Positions 13,180 to 27,282 of a stretch of 64,000 nt of DNA are shown here, piece after piece. Position 1 is the stretch's first letter, and each line of letters starts with the position of its first letter. A model generated the notes under the pieces. It saw nothing but the letters and a program-made list of their open reading frames with translations, ran no database searches and had not been told where the DNA came from. Position numbers and translations under genes: made by a program. This DNA is from Bigelowiella natans CCMP2755 (taxonomy: Eukaryota > Protista > Cercozoa): assembly GCA_000320545.1 (NCBI GenBank), contig ADNK01000772.1:89488-153487 (forward strand), in the 5' to 3' direction.

Positions 13180-13808
13180 TATGTAGAGGACGTGCAGATA
13201 TGCGTGGCTGATCATCATAGGCAACCATTTGTATCCTCCACCCTGGGTTGCAGTATCGATCGTCGTTGTGGAAAGCGCTCTCTCTGTCTGTCTCTCTGTA
13301 TGGCATTTAAAACATATTCTATAACCCACCATTTATCCGGGTGGTGGCGATGAATGCGGTATTGATCATATACCCAGTGAAGGAAGCCAATCGACCTGTT
13401 AAGAGGCAGCATTATTATTATTCAGTTGTCGTTGTTCCGGTTTTACTACTACCACACTCCTTTACTTATTGTTAGGGAGGGGGAGGGAGAGCGTCACGTA
13501 AGGGGGAGATTAGTCAGATGAACGAGGGATCGACGATGACAACGAGGATGATGATGATGATGATGACGACGACGTAAACTAGGATGCTGCCGACGAAGCT
13601 AACGAGCAAGCACTACGTCCACACTCACCCCAAAATGAGCATTCCTGTGACAAGGAAATCGAAGTAAACCCGGTAATACGCCCAGTTTTCGTGCGTCGTC
13701 CACCATGGCCAAAAGTCGCACACACGGTACCTTAAGAATCATCACAGCATATCCAACGATCTTTCAGCCGTTGACCAATCGTTGACTCAAAGTTAACACA
13801 AATACTGA

Positions 13809-13840
<32 letters not shown>

Positions 13841-14305
13841 ATTATCTATAAGAGAATCAGCTGCACTACAGTTTCAGCGCGAGGTCTATCTTGGAGAGGT
13901 GGAGGAAGGGGGAGGCAACCGCAGCTACGAGTAGCATCATCAAGGTCATCACCTGTGTAAGAACATGCACACAATGATTACCATACATACATACATACAC
14001 ACATACATACATGTGGCAGTGCCTGTCATTTTGTGCGCGTGTCGCGTGTGCGTGTGTTTGAGGTGGTGTGCTTTACGCAGAATAGCTGCTTCCAATTCTG
14101 CTGCCATTCACACAAGTAACATCTGTTTCTCGAAGCTGTGTTCCGACGACTACTACTGCCGCTGCTTCTATATCAAATACTACACTACACACCAGAATGG
14201 AAATCGTCGTCACAAAGCGCTTGTCCAGCAGAATTGGTGCGAACCTTTTCAGTATTCCCCCCCCCCCCTCGAAATTAGTCACACTCTGATTTTCTCTCTC
14301 AATCT

Positions 14306-14377
<72 letters not shown>

Positions 14378-14410
14378 GGAAGACATGCCGTGTTTCACCA
14401 CATCATCATT

Positions 14411-14442
<32 letters not shown>

Positions 14443-15426
14443 CACTATCATCGCACTACTATTATGTATCTGTAATCGCCGTCTTTGTTGTTTCTACCAT
14501 GCGCGCCTGAGCTGGTACTGATAATGACACTGCTGACACTGATAATAGCTGTGGGGATTTTGGCTGCTACGTCGCCACTAAACACGCAAGGAGCAAGATA
14601 TAGCGATTGTATTATGATCGGGGAGGGAAGGAAGGAACGAGGCAAGTAGTCACGACAGAGTAATGCAACCAATAAGAAACGAACAAACACCCCAATCAAT
14701 CAATTAATTAAGGTATCGTAAAAGAAGATGAAGAGAGGCTAATTATGACTGGGACGATGATATATTCTCTTCACCTCATTCAGGCACTCCACGTGAACCA
14801 TCTAATGATATTATTTAAACAAGAAGAAGAAAGAAAGGTAGGTTATAAGGCTGAGGCCGATAATAAACGATTGAAATCATCTTCTATCGTGGGTGGGGAT
14901 GTTCGCATATCCTCCTCCTCCTCCTCCTCCTTCTCTCTTGCCTGCTGCCTATCTTCTAATCTGCTAATATCAATATCTCAATAGTACCTGCATAGAGCCA
15001 CGACACAAGCAAGGGGAGAACAACCTTCCCTCTTCAGGACCCTACAAACCATCGACTACATCATCCTCCTCCTCCTTATCATCACGCATCATCTTCTATC
15101 ATTATTCGCATTTTGCTAAGATGCAGTAGTGGTGGTAGTAGTAGTTGTTGTAGAAGTAGCATAAAAGCTCCGACCTCAAGGCAAATCCTGCATCTTGGCT
15201 GGTCATCGTCTTCCTCTTCACCACCCCTCTCTTCACTCTTTCCTTCAAATTCACCACGGGAATAACGAGATGAAGAAGAAGAAGAAGAGAAGGAGGAGGA
15301 GGATTGTTGATTATTGGTGGGGGGAGAGCTGTGTGGTCGCCTATGTCGCAATGTTGATGCTGCAGCTTCCGTCGCTTTAGAATCCTCTTGTGCCTCCTTG
15401 TCGCATTTCATGTCTTCGAGCGACAT
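12460..15426 (-). CDS. MARCH-type RINGv (C4HC3) membrane E3 ubiquitin ligase, multi-exon
   Basis: Spliced CRICLE|GPEEGRLFSPCLCRGSMQ|MVHVECLNE|WRRSSQNPHSYYQCQQCHYQY, then TM exons (VMTLMMLLVAAV, DFLVTGMLILG, ARLALGLGTMFTLF); last exon TWGESILEVRE*. Confidence 0.85.
12696..12758 (+). repeat. ~62-bp dispersed repeat copy, in last intron of the MARCH gene
   Basis: ttgcacagctacattaggatgagaattgag...ttcttcgttacatccgtctcc matches the copies at 33730, 34394(-) and 46420. Confidence 0.8.
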
Positions 15427-16123
15427 CGCAATGGCAGCTTAGAAACCACATAGGAGGAGTTAGTTACAGCAGAATCCAAAGGGGAGGGGAGGAGGAGAAG
15501 ATTCTCAAACAGAATGATGCAAAGCAGCACGAAATACCGCTGCCATACGCTGTGTGGATAAGTGACTTTTTGCTACCTTTGAGGTCGGGGTCGTCGTCCT
15601 CTTCGTCGGCATTTCCTACTCCTCGCCCAACTGCTGCTGCTGCTGTCGCATTGGAGGGAGATGATGACGATGACATTAAAGATCCTGCTAATCTTGAGAA
15701 CCCAAGTCCAAATCCACTATTATTATTGCCGTCGTCAACATCATCATCGCCATTTTCTTCGCGGGTCCCTACTACCTGATTTTGGCGAATAATCGTTCAG
15801 CCGTACTTGCACGTATGTTAGTAGTAGTAGTAGTAGTAGCAGTAGTAGTAGTAGCAGTAGTAGGTAGATTTGAATAAACAACCTGCAGTAACACCCGTTT
15901 TGCCATCAAGACAGACCTCTCCTCCTCAGAACTCGCAGATACGTACCTCTCTATCCATCTTTGTTAGTCAAAATCCAATGATCATTATCATTATCGTTCA
16001 TCATCATCATCATCATCACCACCACCACCACCATCGCTACTACCAGCATAATCATAATAACGCAAAAATGATACATTCTATCACAATCGGGCGTCGTCGA
16101 CCACATAGAAGGCTGCTGCCCTT

Positions 16124-16176
<53 letters not shown>

Positions 16177-16319
16177 ATTGTTTCATATATTTTGTGCAGA
16201 TATATGTACATACAACAACTTTATGCAGCATTAATCCTAGTGTCCTATAATTGCGTTGTAGGTGTGTGCGCGCGCGCGCGCGCGTGTGTGTGTGTTTAAG
16301 TAGGCAGCTGCAGACGATT

Positions 16320-17956
16320 GGATGTGAAATATTCCAATTATTATATGCTGCCTATAAGGGGCACCTTCGCACTGTTGAGAGCGACATCAATTTTTGCTCC
16401 AGATCTGCTTTCTTTCCTCTCTCCAGTCCTAAAATCTATCGAAAGGGGGAGGAGAACTTTGGCCCTGTACACTCGCTTTTGGAACAACATCATCTGCGGC
16501 GAACGAAAACTCTCTCTACGCCTGCCTCGCTTAAAAAAATCATGTAAGGATACAAACAATCGCTACCTTGACAGTATTAGGCTTTAATTTGAACTCGCTC
16601 GTCGCCCTACATCGATGATGTCGAAAAGGGCTTATCATAAACAGGAATACGACGAATAACGACAAGCAAACCTTTCTATTGGACTAAATCTATTAATCAG
16701 TGATGTGAAACGCGAACACCCTGTCTTCCTCCCTCCTCCAAAAATGACCATTTGGACAAATCTACCACGCACACATAATACATCGAAGACCTACTACAAT
16801 GTTCTTCTTTTATTCTTCTTTCGAACAACAAAGCACCTCGTGGCGATGTCTCTAACTTTGTCAGCTGGATGGAAGTACGACACAATCTCGTTTCTCATCA
16901 TCTTCAAACAAATAGGCACCTTCCCGTCTTGCATGCTGACATTATGATGAGAGAAAGAGACAGAATCGCTTAGGATGACGATCAATCATCACCTATTAAG
17001 ACATCATTGTCATGATTAAATGCCTTACAATTTGTGACGCCTAGCAGCAATCTGTCGGTAAGCTTGCAGGGGATTTGAAGCTGCTGAATCATCAGCATAT
17101 CACGATGATATTGTTGTTGTTGATGATGATGATGATACGCACAGTAGTTAGTCAGAAGAAACGACGTACAGGTTCGAAAGCTAACTAAAGGAGAAAATAC
17201 AGGACTCCAAATCACGGACCTTTCGTCTCCATGCCATCCGAACAGCCATGCTTTCCTTCCATGGTGACTCCTTGGTCGCACGTAGGTTCGTTCAGTGGCG
17301 ACGATAATTATTGCAAATGTTTTCCAACATATTCTATTTAGATCAAATATCATCCTACATATATCGTAAATATTATTTCTATATTTTGTTGAGATTTTAA
17401 TCTAGCGTCATTATATTTACATTGACGTAGTATCAAATTGTGTTAAGTCGCTAGGCATTCCCCCCCGTGCTGCACATCTGGGCAAATATGGGGTCGGAAA
17501 ACTTTCGCGGTGCGATGGGCGCGCTGGAGACCGCTGAAATGCAAGTTATCAGACTCATACACTATGCCTCTCAAATTGCGAATCATTGCAGCAAAGGTTG
17601 TTCTTCTTTTCAACATTTTGCATTCTAATCGATCATTTCTAACAACACCCTCTCTATTGGTAGTGACCCCGGAAGGAGCTAGAGACGCGAAAGATAATTT
17701 GAAGAAGTACATGGAAACATTGAAAGTAATGACATATCTCTAGAATTACATCATAACGAAAGCCAGGTGCTGGTGTTTTTTTAAAGTGATTATTTTACTC
17801 GGCTTTCAGGCACTCCAACAACGACTAAAAATATGTATCGAACGAAGCCCAGTGGGTCTCGAAAATACTGTCAACTGCCACGAAGAGCACTTGAAATTTA
17901 GGCTGGCTGCTGAAGCGTGTGATGTTCTTTTGGATGAGATAAGTAAACCGCTATAG
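16320..17956 (+). CDS. Hypothetical multi-exon protein; boundaries uncertain
   Basis: Plausible GT-AG exons, e.g. ...GAMGALETAEMQVIRLIHYASQIANHCSK, TPEGARDAKDNLKKYMETLK, ALQQRLKICIER...DEISKPL*; no family recognised. Confidence 0.35.
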
Positions 17957-18676
17957 TCCATGCTAGCTTTAAAAAATAAAATGACAGTGAAAGGAAAGCG
18001 TATTCGCTCATTTACAGCCTTGAATTGTACATATACACACGCGAAAATGAGTGAAATTGTAAGCTAATATTAAAAACTACAGCTACTATAATGCGCTACA
18101 TGCTAGCATTTTATTTGCTATGTAAACACATGTGTAAGTAGCAGTTTGTTTGGGCTTTTCATTACATATATTATCTTCTGTACAGTGCAGCTAGAGCTTG
18201 GCGCGAACTCATTTCATATACATGTGCAATGTCACATTGGCATCATATGTTTTCATTGTTGTTCAGCACGCATATACGATAATAGTCTTTGCCCAAGCGA
18301 TTGAACACGATGCTAGCTAGCAACAGTGCTAGAGCGTGCATGCTGCAGCGGCGATCAAGAGGGGTACGAATATGCTGCTACTTGAAACACAGAAATGTGC
18401 TCATTGAACAAGTGGGTATGCAAACGTGTGCAAATGTTTTTGATACACTCGTGCTGCTACAATGCGTAACTACATGTAAATATTCCAATATGTTGCACGA
18501 GCTGTACTAACGTGTAGTTTCGATCAATTTATAAAGCTACAATGTGATAAATAAGAATGCAAAGTCGTGACACATGATGGTGTGACACCTGATGAAAATA
18601 TCCGACAGATAATTGGCCCAGGAATCAATCCATCGAGGATACATCATCAAAATCAGGACGGAATTAGCTACGTGCG

Positions 18677-20572
18677 TCAATTTTTGCAGCATAGACTCAT
18701 GATGGGATGCGATGCCGGGATTGTGTAGGTTAGGTAGCAAATGGTCACCGCCACATAACACCAATATCCAAAATCAGACGTCGCAACATAAGAAGAGCGT
18801 TCTTGCTCGAACGACTCGGAATAGGAGTTTTTGGCCGAATACTCAACAGTAGCATTGACTGCCAGAGACAGGCATACGGCAATCATTATCAGCATCGCCG
18901 CGACACCAAGGCAGAGCAGCTTTCGCGCCATGCTCAGACCTAGGCCTTTGTAATTGCTGGAGGATTTTAACACTGCAATCTGTGTCCACGATTCGTTCAC
19001 TTCATTGAGCCCGTACAGATTTTTATTTATCTTCCCTTCTCCTCCGTCCTCCAGTTCTCTTCCTATTCGAGTCATCGTGATGGAGGAGCACAAGGAATTG
19101 TTTTTTTGGAATGCTACTGACGACGACAATTTTGATGCTGAGAGAGCAGTAGAAGCAGTAGCAGCAGAAGCTGCAGCAGTGTATCCTGTAGCAGCAATGA
19201 ACCCTCCTCCTCGTGTGTCGACAGAATGGGAGCATGTACTTGTCGTAGTAGCACATATTGTCGATACCTCTGCTGTTGATTCTGCTATTGTTGTTGTTGT
19301 TGCTGTTCTTGCTGCTGCTGGAGCTCCAAGATTCAACTGTGTCAGGATTGGAGGTGGCAGTAGGAGAGATGGCGTGACAAGACTGGACTTGCTATCGTGC
19401 AAAACTGTAGCTGCTGCTTTCGGACTTGAATTTCGTCCACGCAACGAAGGGCTTGAAAGTGACGCACGTTGCTGCGGTCTGCTTGCACCCCCCTCTGTGT
19501 TACGACCTACTTTGCCGCATATATTATTTGCACGATTAGGCGAGGAGAGTGAAGCAGTGGTAGGTGTGCTTGCCGTGCTTGCAACTGTGGGAATGACGGC
19601 AGTGCCAACAGCATCCTCCGAGAAGTTATTGCGTTGTAGTTCGCCTTCTGCCTTGAAAGATGGTCGAGTAATAGAGGGCCTGGAGACGTATTGGAGCTGC
19701 GAAGGCTGCCAAGTGTTGGAGACGGTTCGCTTATTGCCTCCGATGCGTGAATTTTTATAGTTTCTGGCGGGTACGTTGGAATTCTCATCATTCAAGGTCA
19801 CAAGGGATTTGAGATACCTGAACGGGAAAAGAGTTATTAGAAGAGCAGCCTATGAAAGTATTGGCGGGTGCTCGTAGTTGCAGAGTTGTGTGCTTTCTAT
19901 TTCTTGTTGTGCTTTTTACACGGATCGGAAGCGGAACAACGTTCTTGTGAAGTACGTGCCGGTGAAGGCGATCGCAACGAGAAGGCCAACATGCTTCAAC
20001 GCATTCCATTTCCTGGAGTCAGTCACTGCCGTGCCGACAAATGATGCGATGAATATCGACCCCGTAGCCACAGCACCTGAGAGATAGTAACAGAGAATAT
20101 TTCTAGGATTCATTCCGCTGGAGAATTATAGAAGTATTCTTGAACTCCTATTTACCGATCTGTATGACTTTTGTGGAGATTGGAGTCATAGATCTCCGCA
20201 GCCTCAGTGTCTTATGAAAGGCCAAGCAGATAGAGAAAGCCAAGTACTATGATGATGTTGTAGAAAATGGGTGAGTTGACAACGATGGAACGAATTTGTG
20301 ATATTTCTACCTCCCCAATGAACACGGCAAGAGCCTTCAAAAACCAAAAAAATCGAGGTTAATTAAACGGAAGGGCATGGGCATAAATGAGTTGACAACT
20401 GATAGGGAAACGATGACAACAACTATGACGAAGGCTCTGCTCGTCGTAAATCATTTCTCGATCTTAATCTATTTAGTACCAAATGTAGGAAGGAAAAAGC
20501 AAGGAAACTTTCCCAGGACAGTGATCCTGGTTCATGAGCGGTCTACAAAAGCCAAATTTCAATACAAAAAAT

Positions 20573-20606
<34 letters not shown>

Positions 20607-20782
20607 TCATTTGTACGCACAAGCGTGACGAAGATCCCAGTCGTGCAGAGAGTAAGCACCGCATAGCGATAGAGGCGGATATTTCTTTTTGTGTTCTCAA
20701 AAAAAAGCTGAAGAACAGCTGCAGCCACAAAGAGATAGGCCACTGCCTTCAACGTGTCTGACACCATCCACTCGTAGTCCAT
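18677..20782 (-). CDS. Putative seven-transmembrane (GPCR-like) protein with a long Ser/Thr-rich loop between TM5 and TM6
   Basis: Exons: MDYEW..AVAYLFVAAAVLQLFF (TM1), YAVLTLCTTGIFVTL (TM2), YLAFSICLAF (TM3 end), GSIFIASFVGTAV (TM4), VGLLVAIAFTGTYF (TM5), ~290-aa low-complexity loop, KLLCLGVAAMLIMIAVCLSLAV (TM6), YWCYVAVTICYLTY (TM7). Confidence 0.55.
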
Positions 20783-21421
20783 ATTCCTCTTGGACCGCTA
20801 TGATCAACTCTCAAGCCACAAAACAGAATGTGTTATGCATTACAATTAAATGCTGCGACAGCTAGAAATCAGTTAATTTGTCCCCGGATGTACAACACAA
20901 CACCGCATTGTTCCTTCCACCGTGATACTCGCACAGCGCGCTCTCCGCCAACGGGTCGCTGAGCATGTACTTGTGGCGAGACTAGGTTGTCGCAGGTTTT
21001 TTACACAGTCCAGCACAGGCGATGAAACTGTACAAAGTGTTGTTTTGTGCAATAATTCCATGTTCCCCTTCCTTTTACATGTAGTTAACGGACACGCGTC
21101 TTGCACATAGGTTGGAGTTGAAATGGGTTTCGAGGCAGCGCTCATTCACCTTCTCCCTTTCTACCTACTTTACGAGATTTTCCTAATAAAAATATATCTT
21201 TTTGCCAGCGAGAATCTCTACTAAAATTCAAGGACTTTTACGAGAAACGACATAAGGATCCTTGAATAAGAATGTAAGAAGGGAAGGCCGAACGCGTGCG
21301 AATGTTGTAGTTGTTGCGGAAATGGGATGATCTCTGGCATCTTGCTTAAGGTTTCCCTCCCTCAACAGAAAACATTAGAAACTGAGTAGAACTAGGACGG
21401 CAAGAAAGAAAGAGAGCGGAC

Positions 21422-23937
21422 ATGCGGGGCCGCCTGTGGCTCTGGGGGATCCTCTTCACTACACTGTACGCCGCAGAACCTAGGACGATCATTAATGCTC
21501 GACGTACGGCTTCAATACAAGCTAACGCCTTCGCTACGTCTCGGCGATGGAAGGACGGGGGGAGGCATGGCTTCATTTATGGTGATCGAAATGGCCGCCC
21601 CCAGGTTCGAACCCCAAAACTCGTAGTTGCGCGCCACGATGATTGCTGCGGGTGCGGCGAGGGGACAAACAGGGATACATCGATCCTGGATCGAACTACC
21701 TCGTCCGAGCACAACCACCACCACCACCACCACCACCCCCATTCCTCGCACTCGCACTCGCATTCGCACAACCACGACCGCCACCAGCACGGCTCGCCAT
21801 CTTCGCCGTCGGCCGCCGGATCCCTCGCCCTCGCAGTACAGTCTGAAGGCGGTGATCAGAAGAAGGAAGGGGAGCCCATAAGTAACCTATCGATGGTATC
21901 TGACATGATGAAGAGCCTGTGGAGGCGTGACCCTGGCCTCGCATTAACCGGATCGCTGCTATTAGTCAGCGCAAAGGCGGCCAAAATCCTCGTCCCCGTG
22001 CTCTACAAGCTGATCTTCGATCAGATCGAGCACGTCACCACTGATGCAGTGTCAATGACGACCGCGACTCTGTTCGGGGTATCTGCGCTGGTGCTTGGCC
22101 ATATGGGCGCCCGATCTGTCGCGCAAGGCCTTCAGTCGATAAACGACGTCATCTTCGCCCGCTCAGTCCAAACTGTCACTCGCGATCTAGGCCGAAGGTA
22201 TAACCATTATTGCCACCAGCTCCTGAATAAAGAAAGGGAAGGGGGGGGGGGGAGTTGAGAAGCCCGCACAATCTATGGGTTTCCTCATATTCTCTTGCAA
22301 CTGTCAGGTCGCTGTCGCGGCTGCTGGCGCTTGATGCCAGCTTCTACACGAACGCAAACGTCGGAGCGATGACGCGTGTTGTAGAACGTGGTATGCGCGC
22401 CACGCAAACCGTCCTCAGTCGGCTCTTCATGCACCTTGTTCCGCAGTTTGTCGAGCTTACGATCGTAGCGTACATAATCTATCTGAAGGCAGGTAATTGC
22501 AGCATGTTCTCCAACGATGTATAGTTGGAAAAGAGGAAAGGAGGTTATATAGGAAAGGAAGAGAGAGAGGGGGGAGGACTGATGTTACTGGTTCTCGTCG
22601 TGAGGAGAATGTGCTTTGGATCAATGATGCCAATTAATATTTGCAGGCGTAGCAATGGCAGCGGGTGCAGTCGCCACTGTGACCGCTTACGCCGCTTTTA
22701 CCCTCGCCACAGTGAAGAAAAGGAATGTATTCTTGCGGGAGATGAACGTACAGGACAATCAAGCGACCGGGCGCGTACTTGAGACACTTCTAAACTATGA
22801 GGTGGTGTGGTAAGGTGGTAGGGGGGGGTGGGGGAAGCGGTTTAAATCGGTTTAAATCTTCCTCATCCAGAAATATCGAAATCAGCGATAAAGGCGTTGT
22901 TCTACTCACCCTCCTTGGGCCCTTTGATCATTCCTCCTCCTCCTCCTCTTCCTTCTCTTGCTCTTCCATCTGCACACAGTTTTCACATCATTGTGATTTA
23001 TCTGCACAGTACCAAACAACAGCATACTCTCTCCTCTCTACAGGTAGTCAACTCTTTCAACCGGCAGGAGCACCAAATAGACTCATACGATAAGACCCTG
23101 CAGCAGTATCAAAAGGCACAGCGGGGTTCCCTCCGGCAGCTCGCACTCCTTAACTTTGGCCAAAGAACGATCGAAGCGGTTGGACAGGGGGCGCTGCTCC
23201 TCCGCACAGCCCTTCTCGTTTCAACTGGAGCGATGACTATTGGGGACTTGCTCATGGTGTGTTGTTGTTGTTGTTGTTGTTGTTGTTGCTCTTCTTCTTC
23301 TTGCTCTTCTTCTTGTTGTTGCGACGACGACGACGTGTGTGCTTGTGCGTCTGTTTTCTTTCTTCTTTTAATTTCAATCTTTGAGGAAGATTTTAGAACC
23401 ATCGTTATCGGTCATACCATGTATTCATTTTCCCCTTCCTCCTCCCCCTCCTCTTACCCCTCCTCTCCCTCCACCCTATCATAATTGTCGCTGTTTGCAT
23501 CGTTCCAGGTCAACGCATTACTGGCGCAGTTGATGGGGCCCCTAGATCATCTTGGCGCCAACTACATGCAACTCACACAAGGTTAGCCGCTCATGAACCA
23601 GAAACCAATATCTGGAAAACAATCAGTGACTAAGGAAGACATCATGGAGAGGGGGGGGACGCAGTAATAAATGTGAGGGTGTGTGGCTGCTGGCGCTGAT
23701 GTGAATATTGATCTCAGTGACGTTGGTTTGATGATAGGCCTGATCGAAGGAAAAGAGCTATATCGTCTCATAGATACACAGACAAACGTCTCTGCTAATG
23801 CAGACTGCCCACCACTGAAAGTAAGTAGTCATAACAACAAGCCCTCCAAGAAGAAATAGAAGAAGAAGAAGAAGAAGAAGTACTCTGCATCACTATTGAG
23901 GACATCATCGTGATCAAGAGGAACTCACCCCCCCCGG

Positions 23938-24003
<66 letters not shown>

Positions 24004-24785
24004 CGTGTGTTCTGCTTTCCTCTCACAATTTAACCCCCTCTTTCTCCTCCCACTGTTGTGGACTGGTTAACAACAAAATACTAGGTGAAAAGCGGTACCA
24101 TCGAGATAAAGAACATCACGTTTGGATATCCAAGTTCGGCTCAAGATGCGCCATTGTTTCAGGGTTTTGATCTCACAATAGAAGGTACTACTACCCAGTA
24201 GTTTATGTAGTAAGTATTGCTAGCAGCGGGAGGAGGAGGTGATAGAGGAGGAGGAGGAGGAGGAGGAGGAGGAGGAGGAGGCTGTTTCCGGCAATAGTGA
24301 TGAAGACAACGATGACAAAAGAAATGGCGGGATTGTAGCTGTCTCTTACTTGATGAACATGCAGTGTACAAACACGTCCTAATCACATCCACAAAAACGA
24401 TAACAAAACTAATGATAATGATGATAATGAATACTAACAAATACAAAAGGTGGTAAGACCATCGGGATCGTAGGAGAGAGCGGATGTGGCAAATCAACAC
24501 TCTCGCGACTGCTGACACGGTTCTACGACGTCCAAGGAGGGAAGATCCTCGTGGACGAGCAGGACATCTCGAAAGACGTGTCGCTTGCATCTGTTCGCCA
24601 CGCAATCACTACGGTATCACAAGACACAAAGCTTTTCAACGAGGACATTCTCTCCAATCTCAAGTGAGTTTGAGTAGTAACTGCTATTTGTGTAGTAGTA
24701 GTAGTAGTAGTGAGTCGTAGCAGCAGCAGCAGCAGCAGCAGCAGCGGATGTTGCGATGACGTCCTGGTAAAACAACAACGACAAT

Positions 24786-24819
<34 letters not shown>

Positions 24820-25990
24820 GATACGGTGCTCCAGATGCGTCCAACGAGGACGTAGAGCGAGTAACGGAGAAGGTTCAGCTCTCAGAAGACATCAAAGCGA
24901 TGGATGGAGGCTATGAAACGGTGGTAGGGGACCGAGGCTCAAGGCTATCAGGAGGACAGCGACAGAGAGCTGGGCTAGGACGTGCACTGTTGAAGAATCC
25001 TGATATTTTAATATGTGATGAAGTTACTGGTGCTTTGGACGTAGGTAATCAGTAGAAGGAGTAGTAGTGGTAGTAGATTGTGGTAGTAGTAGTAGTAGTT
25101 GTTGTTGTTGTTGTTGTTGCTGCTGCTTTGGACGTAGGTAATAAGTAGTAGGAGGAGTAGCGGTAGTATATTGTGGTGGTGGTAGTGGTAGTGGTAGTAG
25201 TAGTAGGAGGAGGAGTAGTAGTGGTGGCAGAGCAGCGAATCAAAAAGTCTAATGTCAGAAGAGAAGAAACCAAAAAGAGATGGTAGTAATGAGCCATCGA
25301 TTTCATTTACTGCTATCATGCCCGCACGATGTTTGTGCGATGAATTTTAGGCACGGAATCCCGTGTGATGCAGTCGCTCTATGAGATGAGGAAAGGAAGG
25401 ACGACCGTGGTCATCGCTCATAGACTCGCAACTGTTAAGGAGGCTGATGAGATCATTGTGATGAAGGCTGGCAAGATCGCCGAGAGAGGTTGGTGAGGGC
25501 GTGCTGTCATCGGATGGGGAGGGGAGGATTCCGATGATGACGAATTGGTGATAGTGTGCAGCAACTGTTGTTATTTCAAAAAACCTTCTCCTTCTCCTTT
25601 CTTCTCCTTCTTCTTCTTCTTCTTCTTCTTCTTCGGTCTCTAGGTTCTCACCTCGAGTTGACGAGTCGTCCAGATTCACTGTACAGCGCGATGTGGAAGC
25701 AACAACTGCAGGAAGGAGGCTCCGAGCACACGCATGATCATCATCATCACCACCACCACCATCACTACCACCACCACCACCATGACGAACACGAGGAAGA
25801 TCATCTCCAACAAGAAATCTCTTCGTGGGGGGGGGGGGGCATAATCATTGTGGATGTGGTCATGGCCATTGATGTTCCGAATAGTGTTACAATAGCTTTA
25901 CTCCTCTACATACACGAGTATAGCTGCAAGATGGAGACACAGATGATACATTATTTTGAGGACGAGGGAGAACTACAAAGAAGAAAGTAG
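21422..25990 (+). CDS. ABCB half-transporter (ATM1/HMT1/ABCB7-like) with N-terminal targeting leader and His/Cys-rich tails; true stop possibly 25872
   Basis: TMD motifs (VERGMRA, ETLLNYE, LNFGQ), Walker [43 protein letters not shown]; hydrophobic signal peptide followed by an Arg/Thr-rich stretch. Confidence 0.9.
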
Positions 25991-26847
25991 TATTATATCT
26001 GCATGATGATAACATTACAAGTCATTGAAGTAGCATACCACACAATGCTACCAGCTAATCGTGGCCTAAATCCACAGCGAAATGATGTGGCTAACTATTT
26101 CCGTATAGCGCCGTATGTACATTGAATAACACACACACACACACACACACTAGACACTGACTAGTGATAATACATATGCTTAAATGGGCCTAACTACTAA
26201 TCGTGAATTATGTTTATCATTTACAACGCTAGCTACAATCACATCGTATCATTATGCACCCTTCTCATTATTACAGCACATGTTGTTCTGCTTGCATTAG
26301 CCACCTGCCGCGTGCCTATTCACCGCGGTACTTGGCCCAGTTGTTTTTTAATTCATGATTCATTCATTATACAGCGCTAGTAGTACAAAAGCAAAAATGC
26401 GTCAGCACACGTAAACGCTAGCACGTGCGTGAACATGTTTTTTGAAGCTAGCTAGCTAGCAGCACTTATTGTATGGGCGCATTGTGTTTGCGTACGCTTC
26501 CATGTTTTTAGTAACTCAATTCGGGCATGGATTACTACTAGTACCGCTGCGACTGCTATTGCTACTATTACTACTACTTTGATGGCAACTACAGCATTAC
26601 ACTCACAGTGATGAAACAGGTGCATAACAAGTGTGCTAATAGCCCGCAGGATGATGACTGGATGTGGCGAATGGCGGGCACATCTGTACATTTTTCGGGC
26701 CCGAATCCTCCTTGCAGATGAACATGATGGAAATCAATTCTGGCTCCACGCGCTCGAATTACGACGACAAGGAAGAATCCAATAAGCGCCGTTCAGTTGA
26801 GGAGAATAGTAAGAGGCACCGACGACTACGACTGCCTACCTGTCCTA

Positions 26848-27246
26848 TTATTCGTCGTTAAGCTGTATTTCCATCTTTTCAATCCCCCCGTCGAGCATGA
26901 TTCGGTTCAAATCGCCCAAATCATCGCCTACCATGATTACGAAAAAATGGTACACCAAAAATAATATGTGCTGGTGGTTAGAATATGATGCCACTCAAAA
27001 ACAAACAAGCAGCTTTTGTTCGCCAGTACAGCAGCAGCGCCGAAGCATCGTAGCTTCTAATTGTTTCGTGATAGTCCCCGTCACTATGCCCATGGCTGTT
27101 GTTGTTGTTGTTGTTGCTATCGTCTCTTACTCATTATTACCAAACTTCTGATCATCGACGGCGCCTTGATCATCAATAGAATACGTGATGCCGCTGTCGT
27201 CATCGTCATCATACGCCACGTTCCAGTAAGTTGTTATCTGACGCGC

Positions 27247-27282
<36 letters not shown>

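Noticed and set aside
18954-19760. 268-aa plus-strand ORF
   Set aside because: Antisense shadow of the large exon of the 7TM gene.
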